Assembly: GCA_049787175.1 (NCBI GenBank)
Contig: JBAQYT010000135.1
Coordinates: 2,548 to 66,547, forward strand
Length of the DNA stretch: 64,000 nt
Reading direction: 5' to 3'
Origin: Candidatus Acidiferrales bacterium
GTDB lineage: Bacteria; Acidobacteriota; Terriglobia; Acidiferrales; UBA7541
The first letter of the stretch is position 1; every line of letters begins with the position of its first letter. Under the pieces are notes generated by a model. It ran no database searches. It had not been told where the DNA came from and was given only the letters and a program-made list of their open reading frames with translations. Below are positions 56,047 through 64,000 of this stretch, piece by piece. The position numbers and the translations under genes are program-made.

Positions 56047-56694
56047 TTACCGCGCTTGGCGCATGCGCCGTTCGAACAGTCCAAGGATGATGTCCGCGAA
56101 GAGCGCGAGAATCGCCGCGGGAATCGCACCGGCAAGAATCACGCGGTTGTCGACCATTGCCAGGCCGCGGAAAATGAATTCTCCCAGTCCACCCGCGCCT
56201 ACCGCCGCGGCGATTGTTGCAATGCCGACCGTCCATACCGTCGCCACGCGGACTCCCGCAAGCAGCACGGGTAGCGACAGAGGCAGCTCCACGCGAAAGA
56301 GAATTTGTGAATCGGTCATGCCCATTGCTCGCGCGGCCTCTCGCACGTTTGGATCGATTCCCTGGATGCCGGTCATCGTGTTCCGGATAATCGGCAGCAG
56401 GGCGTACACTGCCAAAGCAGCAATCGCTAGGCGGTCGGCGCGGGCCCCCAGCCACGGAACCGGCAACAGAAAACCGAACAGCGCCAAGCTCGGAATTGTC
56501 TCCGCAACATTGGCGCTGGCGAGGATTGGCTTGGAAAGCCACGGCTTGCGCGTGACGGCGATACCGAGAGGGATCCCCACGGCGATTGCCAGTAGCATCG
56601 CTATTACCACCAGCCACAGATGCTCGCCTGTGGCCTGCAGAATTTCCATGCGATGCGTTAGAAAGAAATGGACGAGATTCATTGCGTGCCTCAT
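56047..56694 (-). CDS. ABC transporter permease (osmoprotectant/QAT family)
   Basis: 215 aa with 5-6 TM helices and the EAA-like loop 'IDPNVREAARAMGMTDSQILFRVELP'. ATGA overlap with the ATPase gene. Confidence 0.88.
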   Translation of the reverse strand: MRHAMNLVHFFLTHRMEILQATGEHLWLVVIAMLLAIAVGIPLGIAVTRKPWLSKPILASANVAETIPSLALFGFLLPVPWLGARADRLAIAALAVYALLPIIRNTMTGIQGIDPNVREAARAMGMTDSQILFRVELPLSLPVLLAGVRVATVWTVGIATIAAAVGAGGLGEFIFRGLAMVDNRVILAGAIPAAILALFADIILGLFERRMRQAR

Positions 56695-57464
56695 TTCTCC
56701 GGAGGCTGCCGCGGCGCGCCTCTTCCCATCGTGGCGACATAAGCGGCGGGTAGCGGCTCCGTCGCGCGAAGGAAGTCTTGCGGTTCGTAGGTGCCGACCA
56801 GCTCTCCAGCCTCCAGCAGCGCGATTCGCGTGCCGAAAAGCAAAGCCTCGCGAATATCATGCGTAACGAAAATAATTGTCTTTTGTAATTCTTGTTGAAT
56901 CGCAAGAAATTCCTTCTGTATTTCGGCGCGCGTCAGGGGATCAAGCGCTCCAAAAGGCTCATCCATCAGCAAAATGGTAGGGTTGGCTGCGAGCGCGCGC
57001 GCCACGCCCACACGCTGCTTCTGGCCGCCGGAGAGTGCGTGCGGACGCCGCTCCGCGAATTGCGATGGATCAAGCCCAACGGTCCGCAGCAATTCCGCGA
57101 CGCGCTCCTTCCTGCGATTTTCAGGCCAATGCTCCAGCTCCGGAACCAGACCAATATTTCGCTCCACGGTGAAATGAGGGAAGAGACCGGCGTCCTGAAT
57201 GACGTAGCCGATTTGGCGCCGCAGGCGAATGGAATCCCACTCCGTCGTGGCGCGGCCTTCGACCAGAACTTCTCCGCGGTTCGGCTCAAGCAGCCGGTTC
57301 ACCAGCTTCAAGGCCGTGGTTTTTCCTGAGCCGCTGCGCCCGAGCAACACAAGCGTTTCTCCTGTGCTCACTTGGAGAGACAAGTTCTTGAGGATGACCT
57401 GACCGCTGTGGCGGAACTCGACTTGGCGAAACTCAATGGCCGCTTTGAATTGTGCTTCGCCCAT
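56691..57464 (-). CDS. ABC transporter ATP-binding protein (osmoprotectant/QAT family, no CBS tail)
   Basis: Walker A 'GRSGSGKTT', Q-loop, signature 'LSGGQKQRVGVARA', Walker B 'ILLMDEPFGALD' and H-loop 'FVTHD'. Confidence 0.92.
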   Translation of the reverse strand: MGEAQFKAAIEFRQVEFRHSGQVILKNLSLQVSTGETLVLLGRSGSGKTTALKLVNRLLEPNRGEVLVEGRATTEWDSIRLRRQIGYVIQDAGLFPHFTVERNIGLVPELEHWPENRRKERVAELLRTVGLDPSQFAERRPHALSGGQKQRVGVARALAANPTILLMDEPFGALDPLTRAEIQKEFLAIQQELQKTIIFVTHDIREALLFGTRIALLEAGELVGTYEPQDFLRATEPLPAAYVATMGRGAPRQPPEK

Positions 57465-57565
57465 CCGCTGATTCTAGCGTGAATAGCCTTTGCATCGATG
57501 GGAGAAGGCGTAAACTTGGCCTACACGGCTGGCAGAATGAAGCATCTCAGGGGCCAGGAAAAAAC

Positions 57566-57952
57566 ATGCTTTCCTATCTCATGCAGTTCCAAGACGCTGG
57601 AATTCTGCTTCTGAGGCTGATGGTTGGTCTGATTTTCATTTCCAGCGGATGGAAACACCTGAAGGACCCCACAGGCCGCAGCAAAAGCATTGGCATGAGC
57701 AAGGGATTTACTGTGTTTCTGGGCGCTGCGGAAATCGCCGGCAGTCTGGGCGTTATCTTCGGGGTCTTGCCGCAGCTCGCTGCGCTAGGCTTGATCCTGC
57801 TCATGCTGGGAGCCATACAAAAAAAGATTTTCGTGTGGCACACGGGCTTCTGGGGCAAAGATGGTTACGGCTGGCATTATGACCTGATGATGATCGTGAT
57901 GAGCATCGTGATTATTGTCACCGATGGCGGCCGGTACATCCTGGTTAAGTAA
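57566..57952 (+). CDS. DoxX-family membrane protein
   Basis: 128 aa with 4 TM helices. 'LLLRLMVGLIFISSGWKHL' and 'GAAEIAGSLGVIFGVL' are typical DoxX motifs. I chose ATG 57566. Confidence 0.75.
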   Translation: MLSYLMQFQDAGILLLRLMVGLIFISSGWKHLKDPTGRSKSIGMSKGFTVFLGAAEIAGSLGVIFGVLPQLAALGLILLMLGAIQKKIFVWHTGFWGKDGYGWHYDLMMIVMSIVIIVTDGGRYILVK

Positions 57953-57955
57953 AGT

Positions 57956-58651
57956 TTAACTCTTTAGGTAAGCGCGGACACCTCGAAGAACCTGCGCGAG
58001 CATGGCTGGCGTCAAACGACCGGTGAAAGTGTTCTGCTGGCTCGGATGGTAGGAGGTGAAAATACGGGGAAGGTCTCCGGGAAGCTGATACGTGACTCCA
58101 TGGGCGAAAGGATAAGCAGACTGACTGGGAATCAAGCCGCGATCCTTGAGGATTTGGAGATACGCCTTCAGGGCAACGCCACCTAACACTAAGATTGCCT
58201 TGGGATTGAGGATGCTTAGTTCGGTTTCGAGATATGGGCGGCAATGCGCAAATTCAGATGGAAGAGGTTTATTGGCAGGGGGAGCGCAGCGAACCGCGAC
58301 GCCGATATAGGCATTGCGGAGCGCGAGTCCATCATCTCGGCTAACTGAGGTGCCCTGGTTGGCGAATCCGGTGCGATGCAGCGCGTTAAAGAGAAAATCG
58401 CCAGAGCGGTCGCCGGTAAAAGCGCGGCCAGTACGATTTCCGCCATGGGCGGCTGGCGCAAGGCCCACGATCAGGAGCTGGGCATTGGGATCGCCGAAGC
58501 CTGGGAGCGGCTTGCCCCAGTACTCCCATGCGAGAAAGGCGCGGCGCTTGGTGCGAGCCACGGATTCGCGATAGCGCACCAGACGAGGACACTTGCGGCA
58601 GGATACAATTGTGTCGTTGAGGATTTTCAACTGGTTCTTCGCGGAGTTCAT
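57956..58651 (-). CDS. Uracil-DNA glycosylase superfamily protein (family 4/5-type, Fe-S class)
   Basis: 'CRKCPRLVRYRE' (Cys cluster) and 'LLIVGLAPAAHGGNRTGRAFTGDRSGDFLF' (motif A, with Ala as in family-5 UDGb). 'HPSQQN' lies near the C-terminus. Confidence 0.85.
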   Translation of the reverse strand: MNSAKNQLKILNDTIVSCRKCPRLVRYRESVARTKRRAFLAWEYWGKPLPGFGDPNAQLLIVGLAPAAHGGNRTGRAFTGDRSGDFLFNALHRTGFANQGTSVSRDDGLALRNAYIGVAVRCAPPANKPLPSEFAHCRPYLETELSILNPKAILVLGGVALKAYLQILKDRGLIPSQSAYPFAHGVTYQLPGDLPRIFTSYHPSQQNTFTGRLTPAMLAQVLRGVRAYLKS

Positions 58652-58688
58652 GAGGTACTTGTCTGTGCTAGAAGCGTTTCGCGAAAAA

Positions 58689-58718
58689 TTGACACGCCGA
58701 CAACGCGCAGACTAGCAT
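58689..58718 (+). promoter_or_regulatory. Sigma-70-type promoter candidate for the trp operon (TTGACA-18 nt-TAGCAT)
   Basis: TTGACA at 58689-94 and TAGCAT at 58713-18, about 70 nt upstream of the trpC ATG, in the divergent region shared with the udg gene. Confidence 0.35.
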
Positions 58719-58790
58719 ACTTGAAGCGATTTCCCCTGTCTGCGCCGGGAACTCTGCAAGCCGTTGTAATCAAGAGAGTGTTTGCGGGTA

Positions 58791-59600
58791 ATGGAAACGA
58801 AAACCGAATCGAAGAACATTCTCGCGCGCATTGTGGAGCGGCGACGCGGGGCGATCGCGCATCGAAAGCGCGTGCTGCCCGAGGTGGCGCTTAAGCTGGC
58901 GGTAGAGAAGAAGTCTACTCCGGTGCGGGATTTCGCTGGAGCGCTCACGCGGGAAGGGTTGAACATCATCGCGGAACTGAAAAAGGCTTCGCCATCACGC
59001 GGCCTTCTGCGCGGGGACTATCAGCCGGCGAAAATTGCCTCTGAATTGGAAGCGAACGGGGCGGCTGCGCTGTCTGTTCTGACGGAAGAGGATTTTTTTC
59101 AGGGCTCGCTGGCGGATTTGAAGGAAGTGTCGAAGTCGACCAAGATACCCATTCTGCGGAAGGATTTCATAATTGATCCCTGGCAAGTGTGGGAGTCGCG
59201 CGCGGCGAACGCGGATGCGTTCCTGCTGATCGTCGCGATTCTCGATGACGACAGCTTGCGCGATTTGCTTGCGCTGGGCCGAAAACTCGGGATGGAGGCG
59301 CTGGTGGAAACGCATTCGCGCGAGGAATTGAGTCGCGCGATAGGCGCGGGGGCCAAAATTATCGGCGTGAACAATCGCGATTTGAAAACACTCGAGGTGA
59401 GAATCGAGACGTCGCTCGAACTGGCCGAACTGATCCCGAAAGAATGCGTGGCGGTGAGCGAATCGGGCATTCGGAGTCACGTAGATTTGGTGCGTATGCG
59501 GCGAGCGGGGTTTGACGCGTTTCTCGTTGGGGAGCATCTGATGACTGTGCCGGATGCGGGCGTGGGATTGACGAAGCTACTGATGGAAGAGGGCGGCTAA
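58791..59600 (+). CDS. trpC: Indole-3-glycerol-phosphate synthase
   Basis: 'IIAELKKASPSRG', 'LSVLTEEDFFQGS', 'PILRKDFIIDPWQV', 'EVHSxxEL-like ALVETHSREEL' and 'IGVNNRDLKT'. Confidence 0.9.
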   Translation: METKTESKNILARIVERRRGAIAHRKRVLPEVALKLAVEKKSTPVRDFAGALTREGLNIIAELKKASPSRGLLRGDYQPAKIASELEANGAAALSVLTEEDFFQGSLADLKEVSKSTKIPILRKDFIIDPWQVWESRAANADAFLLIVAILDDDSLRDLLALGRKLGMEALVETHSREELSRAIGAGAKIIGVNNRDLKTLEVRIETSLELAELIPKECVAVSESGIRSHVDLVRMRRAGFDAFLVGEHLMTVPDAGVGLTKLLMEEGG

Positions 59601-59609
59601 AACGCGAAA

Positions 59610-60245
59610 ATGGTGAGAGTGAAGATCTGCGGAATTACGAACCGGGCTGATGCGAAGCTGGCCATCGATGCCGGCGCGGATGCGTTGGGCTTTAATTTTT
59701 ATGCCAAGAGCCCGCGGGGAATTGCCGTTTCTCACGCACGCGAAATCATCGGGCATTTGCCGCGGCGCATAAGCGCCGTGGGCGTTTTCGTAAATGCGTC
59801 GGCGGCAGATGTCCTGAAGATCGCACGCAAAGTGAAATTGGGAGTTTTGCAACTGCACGGCGACGAAAGCCCGAAAACGATAGCGCGATTGGCGCGCGAA
59901 TTCCCGGTGATAAAGGCTTTTCGGGTAGGGCCAGCATTTCAGGTCAAAGAGTTGGAGAAATATCCGAACGCTGCGGCTTTTCTGCTCGATGGTTTCGACG
60001 GCAAATTACGTGGAGGAACGGGAAAGCGTTTCGATTGGCGCATCGCGAGGCAGGCGAAACGCATCGCGCCGATGATTTTAGCGGGCGGGCTGACGAAGGA
60101 GAATGTGAGAAAGGCGATGCGCACCGCAAAGCCGTTTGCGATCGATGTTTGCAGCGGAGTGGAAGCGTCACCTGGAAAGAAAGACGCGAAGAAAGTGCGA
60201 GCGTTCATGGCGGTAATCAACGAAGAACGCAGGAAGAAAGCATGA
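59610..60245 (+). CDS. trpF: Phosphoribosylanthranilate isomerase
   Basis: '[12 protein letters not shown]', '[15 protein letters not shown]', 'LQLHGDE', 'AGGLTKENV' and 'DVCSGVE'. Confidence 0.9.
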   Translation: MVRVKICGITNRADAKLAIDAGADALGFNFYAKSPRGIAVSHAREIIGHLPRRISAVGVFVNASAADVLKIARKVKLGVLQLHGDESPKTIARLAREFPVIKAFRVGPAFQVKELEKYPNAAAFLLDGFDGKLRGGTGKRFDWRIARQAKRIAPMILAGGLTKENVRKAMRTAKPFAIDVCSGVEASPGKKDAKKVRAFMAVINEERRKKA

Positions 60246-61459
60246 AAAGCACGTTGACCACAGAAAAAATGCCGGACGCGCGAGGGAGATTTGGCGTCTA
60301 CGGTGGGCGCTATGTGCCAGAAACGCTGATGGCTCCGTTGGAGGAGCTGGAGCGTGCATATGAGGAAGCCCGCGGGGATGCTGCGTTTCAAGCACAACTC
60401 GATGACCTGCTGAAGAATTTTGCCGGGCGGCCGACGCCGCTGCAATTGGCTCCGCGTCTTACGGACCATCTGGACGGAGCGAAGATTTATCTGAAGCGCG
60501 AGGATTTGCTGCACACCGGCGCGCACAAGATCAACAACTGCATTGGACAGGGGCTGCTCGCGCTGCGAATGGGCAAACGTCGCGTGGTTGCGGAAACGGG
60601 CGCAGGGCAGCACGGAGTGGCGACGGCGACAGTAGCGGCAAGGCTGGGACTTGAGTGCACAGTGTATATGGGCACGGAAGACATGGAGCGGCAGCGATTG
60701 AATGTTTTCCGGATGCGGCTGTTGGGCGCTGAAGTCGTCGGCGTCGATTCAGGTAGCAAGACGCTCAAGGACGCGATTAATGAAGCGATGCGCGATTGGG
60801 TGACGAATGTGAGGACGACGCACTACTTGCTGGGTTCAGTGCTCGGCGCGCATCCGTATCCCATGATGGTGCGGGATTTTCACCGTGTGATTGGAAAGGA
60901 GGCGCACGCGCAGATTCTGGAGGCGGAAGGCCGCTTGCCGGATTGGCTTTTCGCGTGCGTCGGCGGGGGATCGAATGCGATTGGGCTGTTTTACAAATTT
61001 CTCGGCGATTCAGGCGTGAAGATGGTCGGCGTGGAAGCGGGAGGCCACGGGGGCACGCTCGGCGAACACGCCGCGCGGCTGGCCGCTGCGGCGGGATTTG
61101 TGGGGGCAAAGCCGGGAGTGCTACAAGGCACGCATACTTACCTGTTGCAAAATGCCGACGGGCAGATCGCGACGACGCACTCTGTTTCTGCGGGACTGGA
61201 TTATCCTGCGGTGGGTCCGGAGCATGCCTGGCTTGCCGAGCAGGGACGCGTGGAATACACGGCGGTACGCGACAATGAAGCAGTGGCGGCGCTGCGCACG
61301 TTGGCGCGCCTAGAAGGAATTATTCCGGCGCTCGAGTCGGCGCATGCGGTGGCCGAAGTGATCAAGCGCGCGCCGAAGATGAAGAAGAGCGAAATTATCA
61401 TCGTGAATTTGTCGGGGCGCGGCGACAAAGATATGGAGATCCTCGCGAAGTATGTCTGA
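60242..61459 (+). CDS. trpB: Tryptophan synthase beta chain
   Basis: '[16 protein letters not shown]', '[16 protein letters not shown]' (PLP lysine), '[10 protein letters not shown]' and 'GGGSNAIG'. ATG 60242 overlaps the trpF stop (ATGA); the track ORF N-terminal extension is spurious. Confidence 0.95.
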   Translation: MKSTLTTEKMPDARGRFGVYGGRYVPETLMAPLEELERAYEEARGDAAFQAQLDDLLKNFAGRPTPLQLAPRLTDHLDGAKIYLKREDLLHTGAHKINNCIGQGLLALRMGKRRVVAETGAGQHGVATATVAARLGLECTVYMGTEDMERQRLNVFRMRLLGAEVVGVDSGSKTLKDAINEAMRDWVTNVRTTHYLLGSVLGAHPYPMMVRDFHRVIGKEAHAQILEAEGRLPDWLFACVGGGSNAIGLFYKFLGDSGVKMVGVEAGGHGGTLGEHAARLAAAAGFVGAKPGVLQGTHTYLLQNADGQIATTHSVSAGLDYPAVGPEHAWLAEQGRVEYTAVRDNEAVAALRTLARLEGIIPALESAHAVAEVIKRAPKMKKSEIIIVNLSGRGDKDMEILAKYV

Positions 61460-62300
61460 ACCGGCAAGCACAACAGCGCAACTGAAAACGAGGATCTGGC
61501 GAAAATTCGAGGAGCTCGCGCGCAGGAGCGAGCTAGGGCTGGTCGCTTATTTGACCGCGGGCGATCCGTCGATCGAGGGCACAGAAGCGATTGTTTTGCG
61601 CATCGCCGAGGCTGGGGCTGACGTGATCGAGCTGGGGATTCCGTTCAGCGATCCCGTTGCGGATGGACCCACGATTCAGCGTGCAAGTGAACGGGCATTG
61701 CGAGCGGGAACTACGCTCGAAAAAGTGCTCGGACTGGTTGCGGCGCTGCGAAAGAAGACCGAAGTGCCGCTGGTTTTGTTCGGCTACTTCAATCCGATAT
61801 TGCAGATGGGACTCGATAGCTTCGCCAAGAAGGCTTCCGCTGCCGGCGCGGACGGAGTCCTGGTCACTGATATGACGCCGGAGGAATCGACGGAATATCG
61901 CAGCACGATGCATGCGAACGGACTGGATACGATATTTCTGGCTGCGCCGACGTCCACGGACGAACGATTGAAGCGGATTGCGGACGCGACGAGCGGATTC
62001 TTGTACGTAATCTCGCGGACCGGCGTTACTGGTGCGAAAGATTCACTGCCGGAGGAGCTGCCAGCGATGGTGCGCCGCGCGCGAAAGTTCACGCGATTGC
62101 CGGTTGCCGTGGGATTCGGGATTTCGGTAGCGGCGCAGGTGACTGTGCTCGGCGGAATCGCGGATGCGGTCGTGGTCGGGTCGCCGCTGGTTGCCGAGAT
62201 TGAAAAGGCGAGGTCATTGAGTGAAGCAGCGGAAGGCGCGGCTGCGCGCGTGCGGATATTGAAGGAAGCCGCGAAGCATGGAGTGAGCCGCAGAGGCTAG
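61452..62300 (+). CDS. trpA: Tryptophan synthase alpha chain
   Basis: 'YLTAGDPS', '[22 protein letters not shown]', 'GYFNPI' and 'GFGIS'. It overlaps trpB by 8 nt. Confidence 0.93.
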   Translation: MSEPASTTAQLKTRIWRKFEELARRSELGLVAYLTAGDPSIEGTEAIVLRIAEAGADVIELGIPFSDPVADGPTIQRASERALRAGTTLEKVLGLVAALRKKTEVPLVLFGYFNPILQMGLDSFAKKASAAGADGVLVTDMTPEESTEYRSTMHANGLDTIFLAAPTSTDERLKRIADATSGFLYVISRTGVTGAKDSLPEELPAMVRRARKFTRLPVAVGFGISVAAQVTVLGGIADAVVVGSPLVAEIEKARSLSEAAEGAAARVRILKEAAKHGVSRRG

Positions 62301-62304
62301 ATGT

Positions 62305-63246
62305 ATGAGCGAAGCAAGCGAGTTTCGCCGCGTTGCAATACTGGGATCTGGGCTGATCGGCGCGTCGTTTGGCGCAGCGATGGAAAAGGAGCGGCCCGAC
62401 GTTTCGATCGTCGCGTATGACCGGCCGGAAGTTTTGCGCAAGCTGCGAGGAAGCAAGTTTGGATGGGAAACGTCCGAAGACTTGGGCAAAGCAGTTCGCG
62501 GCGCGGATTTGATTTACGTTGCGTTGCCGGTTGGCGCCGCGATCGAAATGCTGCCGGAGATTTCCGCGCAATGCGATTCGCGAGCGCTGGTGACCGATGC
62601 CGGCAGCACGAAGACGCGGATTTGCAGTGCCGCGAAAAGGGCGTTTGCTGGTGAACCGAAGTTCCTCGGCGGACATCCGATCGCGGGGAGAGAACTGAGC
62701 GGGTTGGAGCACGCGGACGCGAAATTATTTCGCGGAAAGCGCTATGCACTGGTCAATGATGGGTGGGGAAGAGAAGCGGAGAGCGATTCCAGAGTGCGGC
62801 AGTTTGTAGAGTTAGTGCGCGCGATTGGCGCAGAGCCTGCGTGGAGCGATGCGGAAACGCATGATTGGGCGATGGCAGTCGTTTCGCAAATGCCGCAACT
62901 GGTCGCGATTGCGATGGCGCGAGTGATCTCCGATGAAACGGACGAAACTGGGTTGCCATTATCGCTTGCCGGCAGCGGCCTGCGCGATCTATTGCGAACG
63001 GCGGGAAGTCCATATGAAATCTGGCGAGATATTTGCATGACCAATACGGAAAACATTGCGCGTTCGCTGGACCGCGTGGCGCAGGCGATTGATTTTCTGC
63101 GTGCGCATTTGACGAGCCGGGAGTTGGAGAAGGAATTCGCCGGCGCAAACGAAGTGTATAGGATGCTTCGCGAAATGGATTTGGCATCAGAGGGCGACAA
63201 AGGGCGAGTTGACGAAGCAATTCGCAGAGCGGGCAGCGATGGATAA
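62305..63246 (+). CDS. tyrA: Prephenate/arogenate dehydrogenase
   Basis: Rossmann 'VAILGSGLIGASFG', 'VTDAGSTK' and 'FLGGHPIAG' (PDH domain). Confidence 0.85.
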   Translation: MSEASEFRRVAILGSGLIGASFGAAMEKERPDVSIVAYDRPEVLRKLRGSKFGWETSEDLGKAVRGADLIYVALPVGAAIEMLPEISAQCDSRALVTDAGSTKTRICSAAKRAFAGEPKFLGGHPIAGRELSGLEHADAKLFRGKRYALVNDGWGREAESDSRVRQFVELVRAIGAEPAWSDAETHDWAMAVVSQMPQLVAIAMARVISDETDETGLPLSLAGSGLRDLLRTAGSPYEIWRDICMTNTENIARSLDRVAQAIDFLRAHLTSRELEKEFAGANEVYRMLREMDLASEGDKGRVDEAIRRAGSDG

Positions 63247-63934
63247 GCGAGTGGCGAACGCGGAAGCGGCGATCGGGCGCATCGGAGACGGTGCGACAAT
63301 TCTGGTTGGCGGGTTTGGAATGTGCGGTGTGCCGGAGCATTTGCTGCGCGCACTGCGAGCCAAGGGGACGAAGAATTTGACGCTGGTGTCGAACAATGCC
63401 GGGACGGACAATTATGGGATCGGCTGGCTACTCGAATCCAAGCAAGTGAAGAAGATGATCGCGAGCTACGTCGGCGAGAATAAGCGATTCGAGAACTTGG
63501 CGCTGAGCGGCGAAATCGAGGTCGAGCTGAATCCGCAGGGAACTCTTGCGGAGCGCATGCGCGCCGGCGGCGCGGGCATTCCGGCATTTTTTACTCCAAC
63601 GGGATATGGAACGCAGGCAGCGGAAGGAAAAGAGACGCGTATGTTCGAAGGACGGAATTACGTGATGGTGCCATGGCTGAAAGGCGATTTTGCTTTCATC
63701 AAGGCGTGGCGAGGCGATCGGTGGGGGAACTTGATGTACCGGAAGACGGCGAGGAATTTCAATGCGGTGATGGCCACGGCGGGAAAGCACGTGATTGCCG
63801 AGGTGGAGGAGTTGGTGGAACTTGGCAGCTTGGCGCCCGATAGCATCCATACGCCGGGAATTTTTGTCGATGCGATTTTTCAAGGAGACCACTACGGCAG
63901 GCCGATTGAAAAGAGGACGCTCCGGAAAAGCTGA
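63239..63934 (+). CDS. 3-oxoacid (acetoacetyl/succinyl) CoA-transferase subunit A
   Basis: 'DGATILVGGFGMCGVPE', 'LTLVSNNAG', 'SYVGENK' and 'ELNPQGTLAERMRAGGAGIPAFFTPTG' match family I CoA-transferase alpha subunits. ATG 63239 overlaps the tyrA stop by 8 nt. Confidence 0.88.
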   Translation: MDKRVANAEAAIGRIGDGATILVGGFGMCGVPEHLLRALRAKGTKNLTLVSNNAGTDNYGIGWLLESKQVKKMIASYVGENKRFENLALSGEIEVELNPQGTLAERMRAGGAGIPAFFTPTGYGTQAAEGKETRMFEGRNYVMVPWLKGDFAFIKAWRGDRWGNLMYRKTARNFNAVMATAGKHVIAEVEELVELGSLAPDSIHTPGIFVDAIFQGDHYGRPIEKRTLRKS

Positions 63935-63977
63935 GTGCATACGAAGTTAATTTCGACGACAGAATGTAAACAAAAAC

Positions 63978-64000
63978 ATGACTACGAATATGGACAAGCG
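63978..64000 (+). CDS. Possible start of CoA-transferase subunit B (only 7 codons in the window)
   Basis: ATG at 63978 ('MTTNMDK...'), 43 nt after subunit A. Called only from the usual A-B gene order. Confidence 0.25.

Noticed and set aside
55784-56905. 373-aa minus-strand and 267-aa plus-strand ORFs overlapping the ABC permease and binding-protein genes
   Set aside because: They are alternative or antisense frames of genes with clear ABC-transporter signatures. The translations are Arg/Ser/Ala-rich nonsense.
59939-63587. Long minus-strand ORFs over trpF/trpB (59939..60613) and tyrA/scoA (62742..63587, 62753..63340)
   Set aside because: They are antisense shadows of well-supported biosynthetic genes.
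1-64000. Looked for prophage, integrase, restriction-modification, CRISPR-Cas, retron, CBASS-like or other defence-island signatures and for rRNA genes
   Set aside because: None of the ORFs shows nuclease, integrase, reverse-transcriptase, cyclase or STAND-ATPase hallmarks. The only mobile-element trace is the IS3 relic, and the only RNA gene found is tRNA-Glu.

Overview
This is a 64-kb window from a GC-rich chromosome, densely coding on both strands. Gene content and the intergenic repeats suggest Acidobacteria, but I cannot verify that here.

- **1-15.4 kb:** a visibly more AT-rich Wzx/Wzy-type polysaccharide locus (EPS or O-antigen-like). It holds a flippase fragment, two SAM methyltransferases, a Wzy-like polymerase, GT4, GT26, two SDR epimerase/dehydratases, WecB, a decayed IS3 remnant, a WbaP-like priming transferase, a secreted beta-helix protein and an ASST-like lipoprotein.
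- **15.6-30 kb:** a zinc-ribbon membrane protein; a bifunctional homocysteine methyltransferase/MTHFR gene behind a ~350-nt leader; a ribbon-helix-helix plus 80-aa gene pair with phased operator-like repeats; a hairpin-rich repeat tract; an NdvA-like ABC exporter next to a 1583-aa cyclic-beta-1,2-glucan-synthase-like protein that lacks the GH94 module; tRNA-Glu(CUC); and a Tat-signal M24 peptidase.
- **30-55 kb:** a signalling supercluster. It starts with a PilZ protein and chemosensory operon 1 (minus strand: TonB-C, MCP, CheW, CheR, CheA, CheB, CheY, CheX) behind a sigma-54-type promoter. A divergent GAF/PAS histidine kinase and sigma-54 activator follow. Chemosensory operon 2 (plus strand) has Pil-Chp-like gene order, led by an orphan 594-aa gene. 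It carries three CheW-like genes, a hybrid CheA, a pseudo-receiver-DUF4388 protein and a REC-coiled-coil protein.
- **55-64 kb:** an osmoprotectant ABC transporter, DoxX, a uracil-DNA glycosylase, trpC-trpF-trpB-trpA-tyrA and a CoA-transferase.

I recognised no rRNA, CRISPR array, prophage or known defence system. The best candidate for an undescribed system is operon 2 with its non-canonical accessory genes and its apparent sigma-54 wiring. All domain calls come from reading motifs by eye; no searches were run.
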